Source: a virus
Direction: 5' to 3' (one strand)
DNA: 64,000 nucleotides
IMG/VR virus record: IMGVR_UViG_3300039183_000005
Coordinates: 64,001-128,000 of that record
Each line of letters starts with the position of its first letter. The stretch's first letter is position 1. The position numbers and the translations under genes were made by a program. Shown here piece after piece: positions 1 to 11,300 of the stretch. Below the pieces are notes generated by a model that made no database searches, was not told the DNA's origin, and was given only the letters and a program-made list of their open reading frames with translations.

Positions 1-1
1 T

Positions 2-1672
2 GGTGGTCAAGCGGCTTTTAATGATCCACAAAGTGGTATAATATTACCTTATGATTTTGATGTCGGTAATATCTATGAATCACAAATTCGCTGGATAAAT
101 CATGATAATAATCCAGAACCAAATCAACGTCGATCGCCACAACCAATTAAAACATTTACATACGAATTATATCCACAACATTATTCAGCATTGCCATATG
201 TTGATATATTCGAATTTAATGGTAGCGGTATTTTCTTCGGTGGATCAATTGGCAGTGGAACGTTTGATCTAGAAACTATTAACGATAAGATATTGATTAC
301 CAGTGGACTGACTGGTGGTATTATACAAAACGGATGTTCCTTGTATGTGTCTGGACCAATCGTATCCAGTGGAACAATCAATTTATATATTCGGACACAA
401 GAAACATTTACAAGCGCCTACATTGGTACAGCCCAAAAAACACCGACAATCACAGATTTTATCTTTGCAGCAGATGGTGCAGCCGCTATTGAATCCATGC
501 CAGGAATGGAATATGGTCCACCATTGTATACTAGGGGACCAATTCAGTATACAAATACATGTGATTTTGTTATATTTGGTCCAGAAGCCAACAATGTAGA
601 TTTCTTTATCCATGGATATGCGCACATTGACACTAGCGGAAACTATCCATCTGGTTTATCGCTGCATATTGGAAATGGCCATGAATCCTCTGTTGCGTCT
701 GGCAATTTGTTCATTAACGGTCCTGTCCTATCATCGGGCAATATGTATATGCACACTAGAGCTGGTGCCTTTGAACCGCCAATTGACTTGTTGACTATCG
801 GACATATACTATATTCTGGCGATATAAGTGGATATATTAAGGGGCCTGAATTTATTTGCTCAAGTGGTAATTTTTCATATCCAGGTAATCAGGATGATTT
901 TATATATCCATATGGTAATCCCAGTCCAACGTTATACATCCTACCACATACGAATGCTAGCGGAACATGTCCGTTATACATTGGTCCGCAGCGATTACGA
1001 GAAAATTGGATTCTATATTTAAAAACAGATAGCAATAGTAAAAATAATACATTAAATTTATTTGTTCATGGTTTTACATCAGTTTCCGGAGTAAATCAGA
1101 CATTCAATAATGCTTCTTTGTATATTGAAGCTATTGATGCTGATTATCCGTATACTGGAGGCGGGACAGAAAAGTGGACATTATTCCTCGATGCCCAAGA
1201 AGGTAATCCCACTAGTGACGAAGCGTGGTCACTATTTCTTAAGGCCGATTTAACGATACCAGCTAGTTATGATATGTATATTCGTGGCCATGCTTCTGGT
1301 CAGGCTCCAAATGGTATAGAAATTACTGATTTTATTGGTCTTGTATGTAGTGTTAATCCTGACGATCCAAGGCGAATTGGATTTATACCACATAATTCTG
1401 ATAATGATCCATGGACACTATTTTTGAAATGTGTTCCTGGTCATTTTGGCATAACTACACTTTATATGTCTGGTGCAGCTCCCACACTACTTGCTTCGTC
1501 TGGCAATTTATTTGTAGAAGGACTATTTGAACAAGAAACAGCCGCATTACAGCTTTATCTGATGGGAATCTCAGGAATATTTAATAACGGTCCAAGTGGG
1601 CTTTATCTATTTATTGATGCTGGTAGGCAGGTGTATAATACCAGCGGGAACATGTACACACATGGATATTAA
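2..1672 (+). CDS. Putative virion fibre/structural protein, 5'-partial, with repeated (S)SG-x(1-3)-L-[FY]-[IV]-x-G units
   Basis: Frame is open from position 2 (GGQAAFNDPQSG...), so the gene starts upstream of the window. Gly/Ser-rich repeats; located in the structural operon. Confidence 0.6.
   Translation, partial: GGQAAFNDPQSGIILPYDFDVGNIYESQIRWINHDNNPEPNQRRSPQPIKTFTYELYPQHYSALPYVDIFEFNGSGIFFGGSIGSGTFDLETINDKILITSGLTGGIIQNGCSLYVSGPIVSSGTINLYIRTQETFTSAYIGTAQKTPTITDFIFAADGAAAIESMPGMEYGPPLYTRGPIQYTNTCDFVIFGPEANNVDFFIHGYAHIDTSGNYPSGLSLHIGNGHESSVASGNLFINGPVLSSGNMYMHTRAGAFEPPIDLLTIGHILYSGDISGYIKGPEFICSSGNFSYPGNQDDFIYPYGNPSPTLYILPHTNASGTCPLYIGPQRLRENWILYLKTDSNSKNNTLNLFVHGFTSVSGVNQTFNNASLYIEAIDADYPYTGGGTEKWTLFLDAQEGNPTSDEAWSLFLKADLTIPASYDMYIRGHASGQAPNGIEITDFIGLVCSVNPDDPRRIGFIPHNSDNDPWTLFLKCVPGHFGITTLYMSGAAPTLLASSGNLFVEGLFEQETAALQLYLMGISGIFNNGPSGLYLFIDAGRQVYNTSGNMYTHGY
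1630..1639 (+). promoter_or_regulatory. Putative late promoter motif GGTGTATAAT
   Basis: Same motif at 7631 and 11842, each shortly upstream of a structural gene start with an SD. Confidence 0.45.
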
Positions 1673-1683
1673 GAGGAGATAAC

Positions 1684-3426
1684 ATGGCTTCAGTTGTATA
1701 TGATAATAAAGCAATTATTCCGGCACCATTAGTGTCAGTAAATAAAGTTTATCGCGCTGCCGGTGACGGCAGAAAACACGGAGTAGGATATGAAATTTCT
1801 TTAATAGGGACTATTTTACCATTTCGTGGTTCTCCAAGTGGTAATTATACGCTTGGTAATCCATCAGATGCTTTTTGGACTATCGGTGGATATCCGCCAG
1901 ACGAAACTTATATTGGTGGAGACGAACCTTTCGTTCGCCTTGAACGAAAACAAGAAGCTTTACGGTGGCTATTTAGTGAAGACGGTCTACAATTGGAATG
2001 GTATGGTGGTGCAGGTTCTCCTGTCAAATGCCGTCCAAAAATTAAATCAATCATTTTTCCAGAGGGACAATGGGCTGATCGTTGCGAATATCGTATTGAA
2101 TTAGAAGCCGAGTATCTTACCGGAATAATTGACGAAGATAGTTTTGATGGTTCTGGTATAAAAGATGTGTCAGAAGAATGGCAATTTAATGAAGTTCCCG
2201 GATATAGTGGTCAGGTTTATGAAATTAATCATATTGTAAGCGCTAAGGGAGAAATGACTTTTGATGAAGTTACTGGCAATCAGATTAACGCATGGAGTAA
2301 TGCTAAATCTTGGTGTGATTCGCGTATTACGGGTTTGCCAGATACAACATTTGTGCAATATGCTACCAATTTTGCTAATTGGGTAAATGGTGGTTATACT
2401 AAAAGTACCAATATAGCCGAAAATGATGGTAGCTATGCGATAACAGAAACATGGACTATTAGGTCTGCCAGCTTGGGCGAGACAGCAACAACCTATATTG
2501 AAAAATCTTTTACAGTTATTCATAATGCGGATACGGATTCGGTTGATATCAGTTATAACGGTACCATTTATGGTCTTAAAAATCAGGGGCGTACCGGTGG
2601 TGTTTCTGCTATAGCAGCAGCGAAAGCTGCTGTTCCGACAAATTCCGTAGCCAGGACAGCAACAATTTCCGCACTTGGCACATTGCTTGGCGAATATGTT
2701 ATTGCTACATCGCCGACACAGAAAAATGTTACAATAAATAATAAAGATGCTGTTGTAACCTTTAGTTTTAATTGGTCGGCTGGAGATGATGCTGATTATG
2801 GTCAGACCAATGAAGCTGTTATATCATACAACTCTGGAGATGGAGTTTATACCCTCGTTCTTAATGTTGATATTGATGGCAATGGTGATACAGCAGCTCA
2901 ACGTTTAATAAATGCTCGCAATAATATTCCGTCTGATTCTACCGCATTAACACTAGCACAATCATTAGTCGGAGCACAAAAGCCTGTTGGTGTTGTTTTC
3001 TCATCAGAATATACATCTAAATCAAGTGCTATTAATGAAGCTCAGGGTTCTTCTAGAACATCATGGACATGGACAGATAAGGATGACAATAACGTAGAAA
3101 TAGCTGTTGAAATTGCATATCCACAAATTGTTGCTGCTAAAATATCAATTCCTGGCCGTATAGCTGGACCAATTATACAAAGGATTAATACGGCAACAGC
3201 CAAGCAGATTACAGTAACATATCGTTCTGAAGGACATAGCGATAAACCAGATTCGGATATTATAGCTGATACAATGGATGATGCTGGTGGTGTTCCATAT
3301 GGACCTATGATTAGTCCATGGTATCCTGGGTCGTATATTCTTGATAATGATAGAGAAAACTGGAGTCCTACTACTGGAAAATATTCTAGAACTCGTGTTC
3401 ACACTGTTACGGAGAGTGGATCATAA
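1684..3426 (+). CDS. Putative virion structural (tail/baseplate) protein
   Basis: 580 aa, SD AGAGGAG, Thr/Ser-rich beta-type composition, structural operon context. Confidence 0.55.
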   Translation: MASVVYDNKAIIPAPLVSVNKVYRAAGDGRKHGVGYEISLIGTILPFRGSPSGNYTLGNPSDAFWTIGGYPPDETYIGGDEPFVRLERKQEALRWLFSEDGLQLEWYGGAGSPVKCRPKIKSIIFPEGQWADRCEYRIELEAEYLTGIIDEDSFDGSGIKDVSEEWQFNEVPGYSGQVYEINHIVSAKGEMTFDEVTGNQINAWSNAKSWCDSRITGLPDTTFVQYATNFANWVNGGYTKSTNIAENDGSYAITETWTIRSASLGETATTYIEKSFTVIHNADTDSVDISYNGTIYGLKNQGRTGGVSAIAAAKAAVPTNSVARTATISALGTLLGEYVIATSPTQKNVTINNKDAVVTFSFNWSAGDDADYGQTNEAVISYNSGDGVYTLVLNVDIDGNGDTAAQRLINARNNIPSDSTALTLAQSLVGAQKPVGVVFSSEYTSKSSAINEAQGSSRTSWTWTDKDDNNVEIAVEIAYPQIVAAKISIPGRIAGPIIQRINTATAKQITVTYRSEGHSDKPDSDIIADTMDDAGGVPYGPMISPWYPGSYILDNDRENWSPTTGKYSRTRVHTVTESGS

Positions 3427-5828
3427 TGGCTACCGTTATTTACGATGATACATTTGGTGCTAGATCAACGAAGGTCTTTGGATGTTCATTTAAGAGTATT
3501 ACTGCGCAAATGGGTTTTAATAGTCAGCCAATTGTTTTTACTGTTACGGTTGTAGAAGAAGAAGATCAGGATTTCACGCTCGATCAATATGATGTCCGTT
3601 CTGCCCAATACATATCATTTGGTGAACTGAGTATTCTTGGTATTGTACAAGGGTGGGAGGGTCCATCTGTCGATCCCAATGGTACTGGTGTCTATGCCGT
3701 ACGCTTAACAGATTGTAGAACAGTTTTAGATTCCGCAAATATTGCTAATGTTTATGTTGATGAACCTGAATCAAATGTTGCTTTGATCAATAGCAATATT
3801 GTTTACGTAGGTACAACAGGAAATGCTTCTGAGAATGTTGGGTCAAATCGTGAAGAAAATACTGGTGTATTATTTAGTACAATTATGGAACGAGTAGAAG
3901 CTGCGACACTACATTATGGCGATGATGTATTTGAAGTAGATATGAGTGAATTAGCTACTCTTACAAATTGGAGAGGTGAAGGTGTCAATCAGTACTATAT
4001 CGAAGGTGAAGTACGATCATTAGTATCAACAATTACAGAATTTTGCAATGCAGTTGGTGCTGAATGGTGGGTTGAATCTCGTAGAAAAAGTGTTATAGAT
4101 AATACAGTTGTAATACAAATTAAAGTTATACGTAGGCTTGATGGTATTGGAAATCCATTAGCACTAGAAATGGATAATTTAGTTGCTCTTCATGATGGTC
4201 ATGTGATTCGCAGAAAAGATGGCTATGAAAATCAGGATATTATTACACATAAAGTTATTTGGGGTGGAGTAAAACGTAAATTAAATCAAGTAAGCGATGT
4301 AGAAATTAAACAATTTTGGGGTTTTGATTCTGATGGTCAACCATTAACAACACCATCGTATACCATGCCAGATGAACCACAATCTCGCCGCATTCAAACA
4401 AGCGTTGCAGAGATGGAAAATGTTCTCAATGGAGACCTTGATGACATTATGGATGCAGATCAATTATCATCACTAAAAAGATATATTGATGATTTTTGGG
4501 GAAAAAGATTTTACTATACATTAAACAAAAATACCCTATCTGATTCCGGCAATGATTTACCTAATTATCCAGAGATTATACCTGCTGGATGGTGGGAGGG
4601 TACGACACCACCACATGGGGTACGTCAATTTGATCCTGATATTCTATTAAAAATGACTACAGAAGATGGTCGTTGGGGTCCATTTGTTCGTTTGTCTGAA
4701 CTTTTTCTAACAGGATCAGGAACAGTTGAATATCCCCTTATTCCACATTATATTACTTGGGCGCCAATTATACAAAATTCAAATAATTTAATTACGCGAG
4801 AAAGTGAATCGTATATGAAATGTACTTTAGAGCAATATGGTAGATATGTAATTATGGTTTTACCTACTGCTCTTACTCGTTATTTTGTTAACACAGAAAC
4901 CAACGAGATAGATAGTGATCGCGTAACTCGTCATAGCGCATTGTCATCTGCGTGGATACCTCTTATGGATCGTGGTATTCATTATGGACCATGGAGCAAT
5001 ACGTCTCTTGCTCGCAGTAGAGTTCCATCGCCAGGTGCTTCTGAGGTGTGTGTAGATAGAGATTTAGTTCCATGGACTTTTGGTGTTCGCGGTTTATCTC
5101 ATACTATAGCTATGTCGCAATTAACAGATATGGCAGAACAAAAAATAGATACTTTACCAGGATTGTCTATTATTAACACAGGGCAGCTTGAGGTAGCAGA
5201 TGTTCCAAAAGTTAACATAGGTCAAGCTGTCGGCCTTGGTGGAAGTATTACGGAAATATTTATACGTTTTGATACTAACGGCGTTTTAACTCGTTATGTT
5301 ATGAATTTATACACACGAGAACTTGGTGAGTTTAAACGTAGAAAACAGAGAGAACGCGAAGAGCAACAAGAAGAAGACGAAAAACAATTAGAAGACAAAT
5401 TTCCTGACAATAAAGATGATTTTGAAGAACCACCAGAGCCAGAACCCGCTCCAGAAGCGGAGGAAGCTCCAACCGGTCCAACGCCAGAAGTAATGGATTA
5501 TGTTTATCAAAAACCAGAAGGTGGTTTGGGTGTTATTTCCGTAAAGGAAGGTGGTCCATTTTATTCGGTTAGACGACTTAGCTATGCAGATATTGATCCA
5601 GATACATTTGCGGGTGGTCTTGATATAACAGGTTCATATTTTTTAGCAGAATGGAACAATGTAAGAAATCTTGCTGAGGCTGAAAACAGTCCTGGTCTAT
5701 TACCAGTTGGGACAAGAGTTACAGTTAGTATTTTTTCCGAATACGACGAACACGGCCCATACGTGGCATATATAGAACAAACTCCACAAGTATTTACTCC
5801 ACCAGTGGTCGATGAGGATGGAGGATAA
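3426..5828 (+). CDS. Putative tail/baseplate hub-like structural protein with acidic Pro/Glu linker
   Basis: 800 aa, TAATG coupling to the upstream gene, low-complexity EEPPEPEPAPEAEE segment. Confidence 0.5.
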   Translation: MATVIYDDTFGARSTKVFGCSFKSITAQMGFNSQPIVFTVTVVEEEDQDFTLDQYDVRSAQYISFGELSILGIVQGWEGPSVDPNGTGVYAVRLTDCRTVLDSANIANVYVDEPESNVALINSNIVYVGTTGNASENVGSNREENTGVLFSTIMERVEAATLHYGDDVFEVDMSELATLTNWRGEGVNQYYIEGEVRSLVSTITEFCNAVGAEWWVESRRKSVIDNTVVIQIKVIRRLDGIGNPLALEMDNLVALHDGHVIRRKDGYENQDIITHKVIWGGVKRKLNQVSDVEIKQFWGFDSDGQPLTTPSYTMPDEPQSRRIQTSVAEMENVLNGDLDDIMDADQLSSLKRYIDDFWGKRFYYTLNKNTLSDSGNDLPNYPEIIPAGWWEGTTPPHGVRQFDPDILLKMTTEDGRWGPFVRLSELFLTGSGTVEYPLIPHYITWAPIIQNSNNLITRESESYMKCTLEQYGRYVIMVLPTALTRYFVNTETNEIDSDRVTRHSALSSAWIPLMDRGIHYGPWSNTSLARSRVPSPGASEVCVDRDLVPWTFGVRGLSHTIAMSQLTDMAEQKIDTLPGLSIINTGQLEVADVPKVNIGQAVGLGGSITEIFIRFDTNGVLTRYVMNLYTRELGEFKRRKQREREEQQEEDEKQLEDKFPDNKDDFEEPPEPEPAPEAEEAPTGPTPEVMDYVYQKPEGGLGVISVKEGGPFYSVRRLSYADIDPDTFAGGLDITGSYFLAEWNNVRNLAEAENSPGLLPVGTRVTVSIFSEYDEHGPYVAYIEQTPQVFTPPVVDEDGG

Positions 5829-5833
5829 TATAT

Positions 5834-7630
5834 ATGTCGTTAGGTAATTTGCCAGATAATAAATTATTCAGTTTAGCTCTTCACGGTTATAACGCTTATC
5901 AACCAGAATGTGGTATTTTCTGTGGTGGATATCAAGGATTAATTTATCCCAATCCAACGACACTATCTTATCCTGGTTTTGATCCATATCAGTATCTTGA
6001 ATCGATAGCTTCGGAATATACACCAGATGTACAATATACTGGACTTGATATTGGTAATCCAGGTATCGACTATAAAAATCCAGGACACATTTTGGGTTTA
6101 CTGGATACATTTGGCAGAATGTCGTATGGAATTAGTATATTACGAGCGGTTCATAACGGAAATAGCGGTGATGATGGAATTAATCCTATAGTTGCGATAA
6201 ATATTCCAATGATTGGATTAGACGAAAATACAACACTGGGTTTAGACGACATCTATCCATCTATATCGGAAGCACCAGGTGACTGGGTAAATAGTTATTT
6301 GATTCTTGCAAATGGGACAGTTACCCCTGATCCGCGACCTTTCATATCTTTTTCTGCCGGTTCTGGTCATTCACCAATATTAAACCCATTAGACGCAGAA
6401 GCATTTAATAATCTTTTCTTGAATAAAACTATTTTGTCATATTACGGAATGCCTCAATATTTTAGATCAATAATCGAAGCACTATATTCTGCTGCTGAAC
6501 CGTTAGTGAGTAAAGCAGAATTGGATTTTACACTCAATAGTCCTCACATGTTTAATAATTATGCTCATTTAACTAATTTTTTCCCGAATATCAGCTCTTT
6601 AGATAATCACGAATTGCTTCCCGGTGGATTAGCTGTTAACCAATGTAAGGTATTGACTCCATCGGAGGCTCTAAAGATTACTACAGGCTTCGACAACTAT
6701 CATGATGGCGCAGATGGCATGAACGAATATAGGTCATTAACTGAGTTAAATTCTGTTATTAATCTTGTTCCGATACAAATGATAGGCGCCACCTATTGGT
6801 TGGATGATCATACTTCCCGTGTAGTTTATCCACCAGGTGGTGGCATTGTATATGAGGTTGATGAATGGACCGGACGAAGTTTTACAGTTGCTTCATACAT
6901 GATAGTTGATTTAGTTATAAATATTAGTGATATACCCATTGATCTTGACAATCCCGATCCTGGAACAGTTACCATTGAGGGTATTGTAAAGGTAAAACCT
7001 ATTATTACTAATCCAGAGGCTTATCGTTGGAATTTTACACATAGGCCCATTCCAGACCCCGATCCTGGATGGGAATATGATTCGCCATTATCTACGTTAA
7101 TAGATGGTGCCGAAGAATCGATAAATAGACAAGTACACATAGCTATGTCAATGACCAATAAGTATACTTGGGACAGAAGTTGGCTTGGTAGTGATCAAAT
7201 TTCCAGTGGAGAAACTTTCGGAGATCAGATTGAGGACTGGACACTTGGTGGCAATAGTAATATAGGTTTTTCGCCAGCAGATACAACAATACTTGAAGTT
7301 CCGTTTTCAAAAACTTTTACTCTTTGTGCTGGATGTACTAGTGTACGAATGCGTATTTTTTGCCGTAATCAACATAAAATCGGTTATGATGGTGACCTAA
7401 TGGTTCATCCAGATTATTGGGTTCCATATTCCATGCTTTATCCAGACTGGGTTTTATTATTGCCTAATATTGGCGAATATATTACTGTATATCCACGCGG
7501 TACAATATCTACAGGCTGGGAAAATGATCCAACTGCTGTAAAAAATGCAATGGATATGTCAAATATAGAAGTATCATTTACTATGGCTGGCACTAAATTT
7601 GACCCAATTGTTTATGAGGTGTCATTGTAA
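5834..7630 (+). CDS. Putative virion structural protein
   Basis: 598 aa, SD GGAGG, structural operon context. Confidence 0.5.
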   Translation: MSLGNLPDNKLFSLALHGYNAYQPECGIFCGGYQGLIYPNPTTLSYPGFDPYQYLESIASEYTPDVQYTGLDIGNPGIDYKNPGHILGLLDTFGRMSYGISILRAVHNGNSGDDGINPIVAINIPMIGLDENTTLGLDDIYPSISEAPGDWVNSYLILANGTVTPDPRPFISFSAGSGHSPILNPLDAEAFNNLFLNKTILSYYGMPQYFRSIIEALYSAAEPLVSKAELDFTLNSPHMFNNYAHLTNFFPNISSLDNHELLPGGLAVNQCKVLTPSEALKITTGFDNYHDGADGMNEYRSLTELNSVINLVPIQMIGATYWLDDHTSRVVYPPGGGIVYEVDEWTGRSFTVASYMIVDLVINISDIPIDLDNPDPGTVTIEGIVKVKPIITNPEAYRWNFTHRPIPDPDPGWEYDSPLSTLIDGAEESINRQVHIAMSMTNKYTWDRSWLGSDQISSGETFGDQIEDWTLGGNSNIGFSPADTTILEVPFSKTFTLCAGCTSVRMRIFCRNQHKIGYDGDLMVHPDYWVPYSMLYPDWVLLLPNIGEYITVYPRGTISTGWENDPTAVKNAMDMSNIEVSFTMAGTKFDPIVYEVSL

Positions 7631-7640
7631 GGTGTATAAA
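7631..7640 (+). promoter_or_regulatory. Putative late promoter motif GGTGTATAAA
   Basis: Intergenic; followed by SD GGGAGG and ATG at 7661. Confidence 0.5.
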
Positions 7641-7660
7641 AAATAGGGAGGTAGAAAATC

Positions 7661-8296
7661 ATGGCTACATTAGCAATATATGCTGGCGAAGACACCTTGG
7701 TCTCCGCGAGTTCTGGTTTGGGATTTTTTGGGGATAATGGTTTTGGAGATGCTATAGAAATAGGTGACTATAATGGCCATACATTCGTAACAAATGCAAG
7801 TGGTACTGTACAAGGATTTGAATGTAACAATAATAAATATGATGGTGCTTCTGGTGTTATTTATGGACAAGAAGGTTCTGGAATGGCTTTAAGGCAATTG
7901 CCAAATGAATTAGCTACCGTAAATGTACGATTCACTCACAATTCGGCAGTATATTGCCAGGAAGCCAGACTGTGGGTATTTGATGGAAGTTTTACGGGGG
8001 CATTAGCAAATAAAGAAACACCAGCAGAAAACCTTATTTTTTATGTCGCCGAGATACGCCATCCAAATAATTTACAAACAATAACCAGTCTTTATTCGGA
8101 TGCATCTTGGTCAAATGTAATCGCATCTGGTTCTAATTATATAGCATTAGTTAATTCTCCAGGTCTAAATGGCATTCGCCAGGGAGGTTTTGAGCAATTA
8201 AGCACTCAACATGATTGGTATGTTGCTATGACATGTACTCCAACACAATTAGGAGATAAATCCTTCGGAATGACATTTGAAATCGAATACCTATAG
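7661..8296 (+). CDS. Putative virion protein, paralog of 11892..12533
   Basis: Shared motifs YAG...SSGLGFFG, NxRFTxxSAV, HDWYV and C-terminal FG...EYL. Confidence 0.6.
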   Translation: MATLAIYAGEDTLVSASSGLGFFGDNGFGDAIEIGDYNGHTFVTNASGTVQGFECNNNKYDGASGVIYGQEGSGMALRQLPNELATVNVRFTHNSAVYCQEARLWVFDGSFTGALANKETPAENLIFYVAEIRHPNNLQTITSLYSDASWSNVIASGSNYIALVNSPGLNGIRQGGFEQLSTQHDWYVAMTCTPTQLGDKSFGMTFEIEYL

Positions 8297-8307
8297 GAGT
8301 TTAAATT

Positions 8308-11300
8308 ATGCGCATGTATACATTACATTATCCACCAGGTCTCATCCATCGTAGTCAGGTGTGTAGTGATTTAGCTCAAGGTAATATGCCATATAAAATT
8401 GATGGATTTGATAATGGTAATGGTAGAATTGGTCTTAACTTTCTGGGTGCTGATAATGCTCGCATAGTATCTAACAAAGAAATTGCTGATAATTATGATG
8501 TGAAAGGCGGACATGGAGAGTATTGTCTGGAAATAAAATCTGTTGATTTGATTGATTCACCTCAATATGCATTTTATTTACCACTTGGTGGATATGGTGG
8601 TACTATTGATGATATTGATGGTTTCTATCTAAAGTTTGATTTTATGTATACCAATACTAGTTCGGGAATAGTTATACAGTTTAACCGAGCTTATGTTGAC
8701 AATGTTTCAAGAGAATTTTCAATATATTTAGAAAATGGATATTTAACTGTCGCTGGATGCAAACATATCCATCCCAACCCAACAGATTCAGAACCTCCCA
8801 CATACAGACGAGATTCATGGATTTCTAGAGAAGATGGAAAATTAGGAACCATTTATATTGCCCCAGACAAATGGCATGAAATTCAGATGTTCATACAACC
8901 ACGAAAAGGGTGGGACGTAAGTGACGTTGGCCCAACACCAGGACCAATTGGTTACTATGCAGTTAATCCATTTGTTACATTTTTTGAGCGATATGAACAG
9001 GCTCCTGCTGCTATTCCTACCATAGCTAGTTCTGAAGCTTTGGGTAGTAGTGGTCTGTATGGTCTCAGGTTAAATTCATGGCCAGCCGATGGTCAACCAA
9101 TGTATCCTAATACTATGTTGCCAGGACAAGATCAGTCTGCTTGGCCACCAGAAAATTATGCTAGTGGACAATACTTCTATGCAGAAGAATTAGGTATGGT
9201 TTACATATGGGTAAATGGTAAACTTGATATTCAACATACCACTAACATGGTTAATGAAAGAGATGGTGAATATTTCGATAGTCATTTGCGGATATATCCT
9301 GGCTACTCCATAACTGGTAATGATGGTCGTTTCTTTTTCAATAATATTATACTTAATGATTTTCGTGATCCCTCTGGTTCATATCCTTCTAAAATATTTG
9401 ATCCATTATACTCAAACCATTCTGGTTTAGAATGGAATCCTGGATATAAATTAAAATTTACGGCCATTGAACTAGATACTGATTATTGGAGAGATGATTC
9501 TTTTGGTAGCTATTATGGCAGGAAACATAATACTTGGATGCCAGATTATCCCAGAGGTGCTTTGGTCCCAAGTGGAAATCCATATTTTGTTGACGCCCCA
9601 AATCGATTTGGTGCGCCTACAGATCGTATGATTCCACACGGAACTAAATTAACGTGTGTTCAAGTTGCCTTTGATGGTGAAATACAAGACTTTAAGTCAA
9701 ACAAAGGAAATAGTGGATGGCATACAGATTATCCACATCAAAATTATCATTACCAATTAGTACAGCCACAAGATAGTCAGCCCCTATCTAGTGCCAGCGA
9801 TAGACCTAGCTTAGAGGTACAAGCACAGGGCGATGTAGAACTATTTTATTTGAAACGCCCACTTTCTGTGTCTGGCGAACAACCATTGGCTGGTGGTTAT
9901 TTCGGCATGAATGGACCAAAAGATTATGCGCCAATAATTTATCCAGAATTAGGCGATACTGAATTGCCAACTATTTATCGTGTATGGACGTGTATTTGGG
10001 ATCACAATACCAGCCCACATACTCCAAAAGACCAAATGCATCATATGATTCGTGTACCGTCTGGTGTTAGTGGGCATGTTGATTATATATCTGACAATCC
10101 AACTGCTGGTACTAGGCTATGGTCTTCATATCCAAGCGGAAGTGCTGCTTTCACTGATGGCTTTTCAATGGCAGATTGGCCATACAATCCAATTACTGGT
10201 AATCCATGGACGTGGGATGATTTAGAAACACTTCAGATAGGTGCTTCTAGCGTCGTTCATAATATATTAAATAATCAATATCTTATAACTATCTATCTAT
10301 TAATTGAACATGCTAGTCATATTGATCCAAATATTAGTATTCTTGGAGATAATCTTCTGGAAGATAATGTTGCCGATGATATTCCATTTTTTATGCAAAC
10401 GAAAGAAATGTATCGTCCTGGGTGGAGATTATGGGAAGAGGGTATCAATCGTACATATTACAATAAATGGAATATTAGTCCAATATTCCAAATAAAAAGA
10501 ACTGATCGTCAATCAACAGATGGTCAAGCAACTATTATTAATCCTGTATACAGCGGTGTTATAGAATATGATTACAAAATACGATATATCAACGGAGAAA
10601 TTATACAGGGTGAAAATTATCGTCGTTTTGACGAACATTTTAACCAGGTTTGGGTCTATACCATTGATGGAATGACTCCATCAGAAACAATTCAACCTAG
10701 ATTACCGATGAGACAAGAAGTTATTACAGATGCCAGTGGAAATTATTTTTCTTATCTTGGTCATCCTGTTCTAGAATGGAATACTAAGCGATATCCAACG
10801 GATAGCAATTTATCTCCACTGGATTATTTTCCATATATTGTGTACGACTATAATACTATTTATGTAATTCCTTTGTCTGCACATAATATCTCAGATACTA
10901 TCGACCCCAACGATATTTATCGTACATGGACTGATGCAACATCAAGACCAAGTAATAGTGGCAATTGGACTATCAATAAACAACAAAATGTATTTAATTT
11001 TGCTATTAATCGAGATAGTTATTTTCATCCATTTAGCCCATCTGCTGTTGCTAATCATGCATTGACACATCCAAATGAAACTTTAGATTATACATTTCCA
11101 GAATCACGAAGCGGTCACGATTATTATTTTCAGGCGCCAAACTTGCCTTCTGGTTCAGTATCTCAATCCATATTGCTTACAGATAAGCTTGGTATTCCAG
11201 AAGAAGCTATTGATCATGGTTTATATAATTTCCACATGGGATTATATCAGACTACGGCGAATCAAGCCATCAACGATACGGGAGAGGGAAAATTTGATTT

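Noticed and set aside
5335-5490. Glu/Pro-rich low-complexity stretch as a DNA tandem repeat
   Set aside because: No exact nucleotide periodicity; it is a protein-level flexible linker.
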